From assembly GCA_026988685.1 (NCBI GenBank), contig JALSKU010000200.1, forward strand, positions 1-37,623: DNA of 37,623 nt. Reading direction: 5' to 3'. A model generated the notes under the pieces. The model saw nothing but the letters and a program-made list of their open reading frames with translations, was not told the origin of the DNA and did no database searches. Source of the DNA: Campylobacterales bacterium (GTDB lineage Bacteria > Campylobacterota > Campylobacteria > Campylobacterales > JALSKU01). The translations under genes were made by a program, and so were the position numbers. Shown here piece after piece: positions 35,242-37,623 of this stretch (positions are counted from its first letter, which is position 1; each line of letters starts with the position of its first letter).

Positions 35242-35961
35242 ATGAACAGATATTTAGAACAGCTAATCGAGTTATCCAAAATCGATAAGGAGATAGACTC
35301 TTTTGAGCCAAAAATTGAAGCTATAAAAAAAGAGCTCTTTTTGGTTCAGAAAAAAGAGGACGAATTGGTTCAAAAAAAAGATACTCTTTTGGAAGAGAAA
35401 AAAGAGAATGAGCTAAAGATAAGACAACACGAGCTTCATATAGCAGAACTCAGTGAAAAGCTAAACGATATAAACAAAAAGAGCGCTGCTGTAAAAAGTG
35501 AAAAAGAGATGAAAGCGCTTCAGCTTGAAGAAGATATAACAAAAGAGCAACTTGACTTTGCAAACGAAGAGATAGAGAGGCTACAAAAAGCAAATGAGCT
35601 TAAAGATGAGTTTGTTTTGGAGATAGAAGAGGAGCTTAAAGAGGTTCAAAAAGTAGTAGAAGCTACGAAAGCAGAAGTTGAAGAGAAACTTGCCAACTTG
35701 GAAAAAGAGCGAGCGGAAGTTTACGCAAAAAGAGAGAAGCTTCTTGGCAAAATCAACCAAAAAATACTCGAGTTTTATCACAAAGTTAGAAAGTGGGCCG
35801 GCAATACAACCGTTGTGCCTGTAAAAAAACAGGCATGTTATGGATGCTACATGAGAATAAATGATAAAACTTATGCTGCAGTTATAAAGAGTGAAGATAT
35901 AGTTACCTGCCCGCACTGTGGCAGGATCCTTTATGTAGAAGAGACTACCGAAGAAGAGTGA
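35242..35961 (+). CDS. Coiled-coil C4 zinc-ribbon protein (DUF164; H. pylori HP0958-like)
   Basis: 239 aa with a long coiled coil followed by 'CYGCYMRI...CPHCGRILY'. Its position downstream of nif3 matches H. pylori HP0959/HP0958 (from memory). Confidence 0.8.
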   Translation: MNRYLEQLIELSKIDKEIDSFEPKIEAIKKELFLVQKKEDELVQKKDTLLEEKKENELKIRQHELHIAELSEKLNDINKKSAAVKSEKEMKALQLEEDITKEQLDFANEEIERLQKANELKDEFVLEIEEELKEVQKVVEATKAEVEEKLANLEKERAEVYAKREKLLGKINQKILEFYHKVRKWAGNTTVVPVKKQACYGCYMRINDKTYAAVIKSEDIVTCPHCGRILYVEETTEEE

Positions 35962-37100
35962 TAGCACTTCTTTACTATCTTTTGGCAGTGCTTGTTTATA
36001 TAGCGGCACTGCCGTATCTTATCTTTCTCTCATTTAAAAAGAAGTATAAAGACGCAATCCCCGCTAGATTTTTTTTATATAAAAATCCTTTTTTTAAAAG
36101 TAGCAATATATGGTTTCATGCCTGCTCTTTAGGAGAGGTAAAGTCTCTAGAGTCTGTTGTAGAAGCTTTGAAGCAAGATGTAAATATAAGCGTTATCACT
36201 GATACCGGTTTTAAAGAGGCAAGCAGGCTTACTAAAAGTGTAAGATATCTTCCATTTGAGATATTTCAACCCTTCTGGCAAAAAAAGAGTCCGGTTTTGG
36301 TTGTTTTGGAAGCTGAACTATGGTATATGCTCTTTCTTGTAGCAAAAAGAAGAGGCGATAAGACTATACTTTTAAATGCAAGGATTTCAGATAACTCATA
36401 CAAATCATATAAAAGATTTGCTTTTTTTTATAAGAAAATTTTTGAAAATATTGATGAGGTTTTTGCCCAAAGCATCAAGGATAAAGAGAGACTCCTTGAG
36501 CTAGGAGCAAAAGAGGTTAAAGTGTTGGGCAATATCAAAAATGCGATGAATTTTAAAATAACAAAGAGATACAAAAAACCGGAAGATAGAAGAGTGATAA
36601 TCTTCGCAAGCACTCATGAGGGTGAAGAGGAGTTAATACTCTCGCATCTAAAGAAAGAAAAAAATGATACTCTCATAGTTGTGCCAAGACATCCTGAGAG
36701 ATTTAAAAAGGTGGATGATCTGCTATTAGCTTATGCAAGCACAAACTCTCTAAAATATAAAAAGATTGATGAGGGTTTGGAAGCAGATATAATTTTATGT
36801 GACAAAATGGGCGAACTTATCAATCTATATGCAATTAGTGATATAGTTTTATTATGCGGCTCTTTTGTAGATGGTATAGGCGGGCATAACCCTTTGGAGC
36901 CGGCTAATTTTAACAATATTATAATAAGTGGCAGATACACATTTAACCAAAACGCACTTTTTGATAAAGTTGAAAATATCTATGTATGCGATCTGAAAGA
37001 GATAAACACTCTACTGAAAGAGAGTCTTCAAAAAGCTTATATAAAAGAGAAGTTTGACCTATCGCCACTAATAGATAGTATAAAATTAACCCAATCTTAA
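35958..37100 (+). CDS. waaA: 3-deoxy-D-manno-octulosonic acid (Kdo) transferase
   Basis: 380 aa with an N-terminal TM segment and the blocks 'WFHACSLGEV', 'VPRHPERF' and 'GGHNPLEPA'. It overlaps the upstream stop (GTGA). Confidence 0.9.
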   Translation: MIALLYYLLAVLVYIAALPYLIFLSFKKKYKDAIPARFFLYKNPFFKSSNIWFHACSLGEVKSLESVVEALKQDVNISVITDTGFKEASRLTKSVRYLPFEIFQPFWQKKSPVLVVLEAELWYMLFLVAKRRGDKTILLNARISDNSYKSYKRFAFFYKKIFENIDEVFAQSIKDKERLLELGAKEVKVLGNIKNAMNFKITKRYKKPEDRRVIIFASTHEGEEELILSHLKKEKNDTLIVVPRHPERFKKVDDLLLAYASTNSLKYKKIDEGLEADIILCDKMGELINLYAISDIVLLCGSFVDGIGGHNPLEPANFNNIIISGRYTFNQNALFDKVENIYVCDLKEINTLLKESLQKAYIKEKFDLSPLIDSIKLTQS

Positions 37101-37109
37101 AAATCCACC

Positions 37110-37124
37110 CGAGGCAAGGCCTCG
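37110..37124 (+). terminator. Short GC hairpin after waaA (weak terminator candidate)
   Basis: CGAGG-CAAG-CCTCG is followed by AAAATATTTT. The stem is only 5-6 bp. Confidence 0.2.
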
Positions 37125-37138
37125 AAAATATTTTAAGT

Positions 37139-37456
37139 TTGGCAAAAGGATCGAAATTGTTTTATGAGATAAAAGATGGATTTGTTATCATTAATGTTAA
37201 GGCATTGCCAAACTCCAGCAAGAATGTTATAGCTGAAGTTTTGGATGATACCCTGAAAGTAAAAATAAAAGCACCGGCAGTTGAAGGAGCAGCCAATAAA
37301 GAGCTTGTAAAATTCTTTTCAAAAGAGTTTAAAGTAGCAAAGAGTGATGTTGAATTTATAGGAGGAGCGACCAGCAAAAGAAAAAGGATAAAACTTCCTA
37401 TAAATGAAAAGATAAAAAAATTTTTAGAGGAAAAATATGAAAGCCAAAGCGTATAA
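37139..37456 (+). CDS. DUF167 (YggU) family protein, TTG start
   Basis: 105 aa with 'ALPNSSKN', 'LKVKIKAPAVEGAANKELVKFFSKEF' and 'GATSKRKRI' blocks typical of YggU/DUF167. Confidence 0.8.
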   Translation: MAKGSKLFYEIKDGFVIINVKALPNSSKNVIAEVLDDTLKVKIKAPAVEGAANKELVKFFSKEFKVAKSDVEFIGGATSKRKRIKLPINEKIKKFLEEKYESQSV

Positions 37457-37623
37457 ATTGCTCTCAAAGCAAGAAGATATATCAAACAGAGCGGCAAAAG
37501 AGTTGATAGATAGAGGATTGGTGTTTGTTGGGGGTAAAAAGATTACGGTTGCCAGAGGTGAAGTAGATGTAAAAACGAGATTTAAAATCCAAAAAATTCA
37601 AAAATCAAAGGTAATCTTTGAGG
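37437..37623 (+). CDS. Pseudouridine synthase (RluA/RsuA superfamily), N-terminal S4 domain only; truncated by the window end
   Basis: This open frame from the ATG at 37437 is not in the ORF track because it has no stop. It translates as 'MKAKAYKLLSKQEDISNRAAKELIDRGLVFVGGKKITVARGEVD...', an S4 RNA-binding pattern. It overlaps the DUF167 stop by 20 nt. Confidence 0.55.
   Translation, partial: MKAKAYKLLSKQEDISNRAAKELIDRGLVFVGGKKITVARGEVDVKTRFKIQKIQKSKVIFE

Overview
This is an AT-rich chromosomal segment that looks like Campylobacterota (epsilonproteobacteria). The gene order Nif3 / HP0958-like zinc-ribbon protein / WaaA / DUF167 / pseudouridine synthase, and plsY-folB, matches what I remember of Helicobacter pylori; this is from memory and not verified. 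Most of the window is tightly packed housekeeping genes: plsY, folB, an OmpR/HK two-component pair, ferredoxin, ppx/gppA, bamA, tyrA, a TRAP transporter fused in one operon with pxpABC, alaS, maf, an ABC ATPase, mrcA, glnA, a PHP histidinol phosphatase, a CheZ-like protein, a U32 protein, purE, glyQ, nif3, waaA and others. I recognised no rRNA, tRNA, CRISPR array, transposase or integrase. Two regions stand out. (1) A ~6.6-kb low-GC island (19419-26051) is bounded by a perfect 30-bp direct repeat that duplicates the ABC-ATPase-stop / mrcA-start junction. It carries five tightly coupled genes: brnT-brnA (toxin-antitoxin), a 1252-aa single-chain nuclease-methylase-specificity (R-M-S, AloI/CjeI-like Type IIB/IIG) enzyme, TcmP ('three-Cys-motif partner protein') and a DUF5131 (phage Gp37/Gp68) protein. 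An orphan 164-aa tail-anchored protein follows after a 170-bp gap. The R-M-S + TcmP + DUF5131 module is my main candidate for an uncharacterised DNA-modification/defence system. (2) A ~270-bp, comparatively GC-rich, nested-palindrome element with 32-bp terminal inverted repeats lies between the TRAP operon and alaS (MITE-like or structured RNA). All calls rest on motif recognition by eye in the supplied translations. No database search was run.
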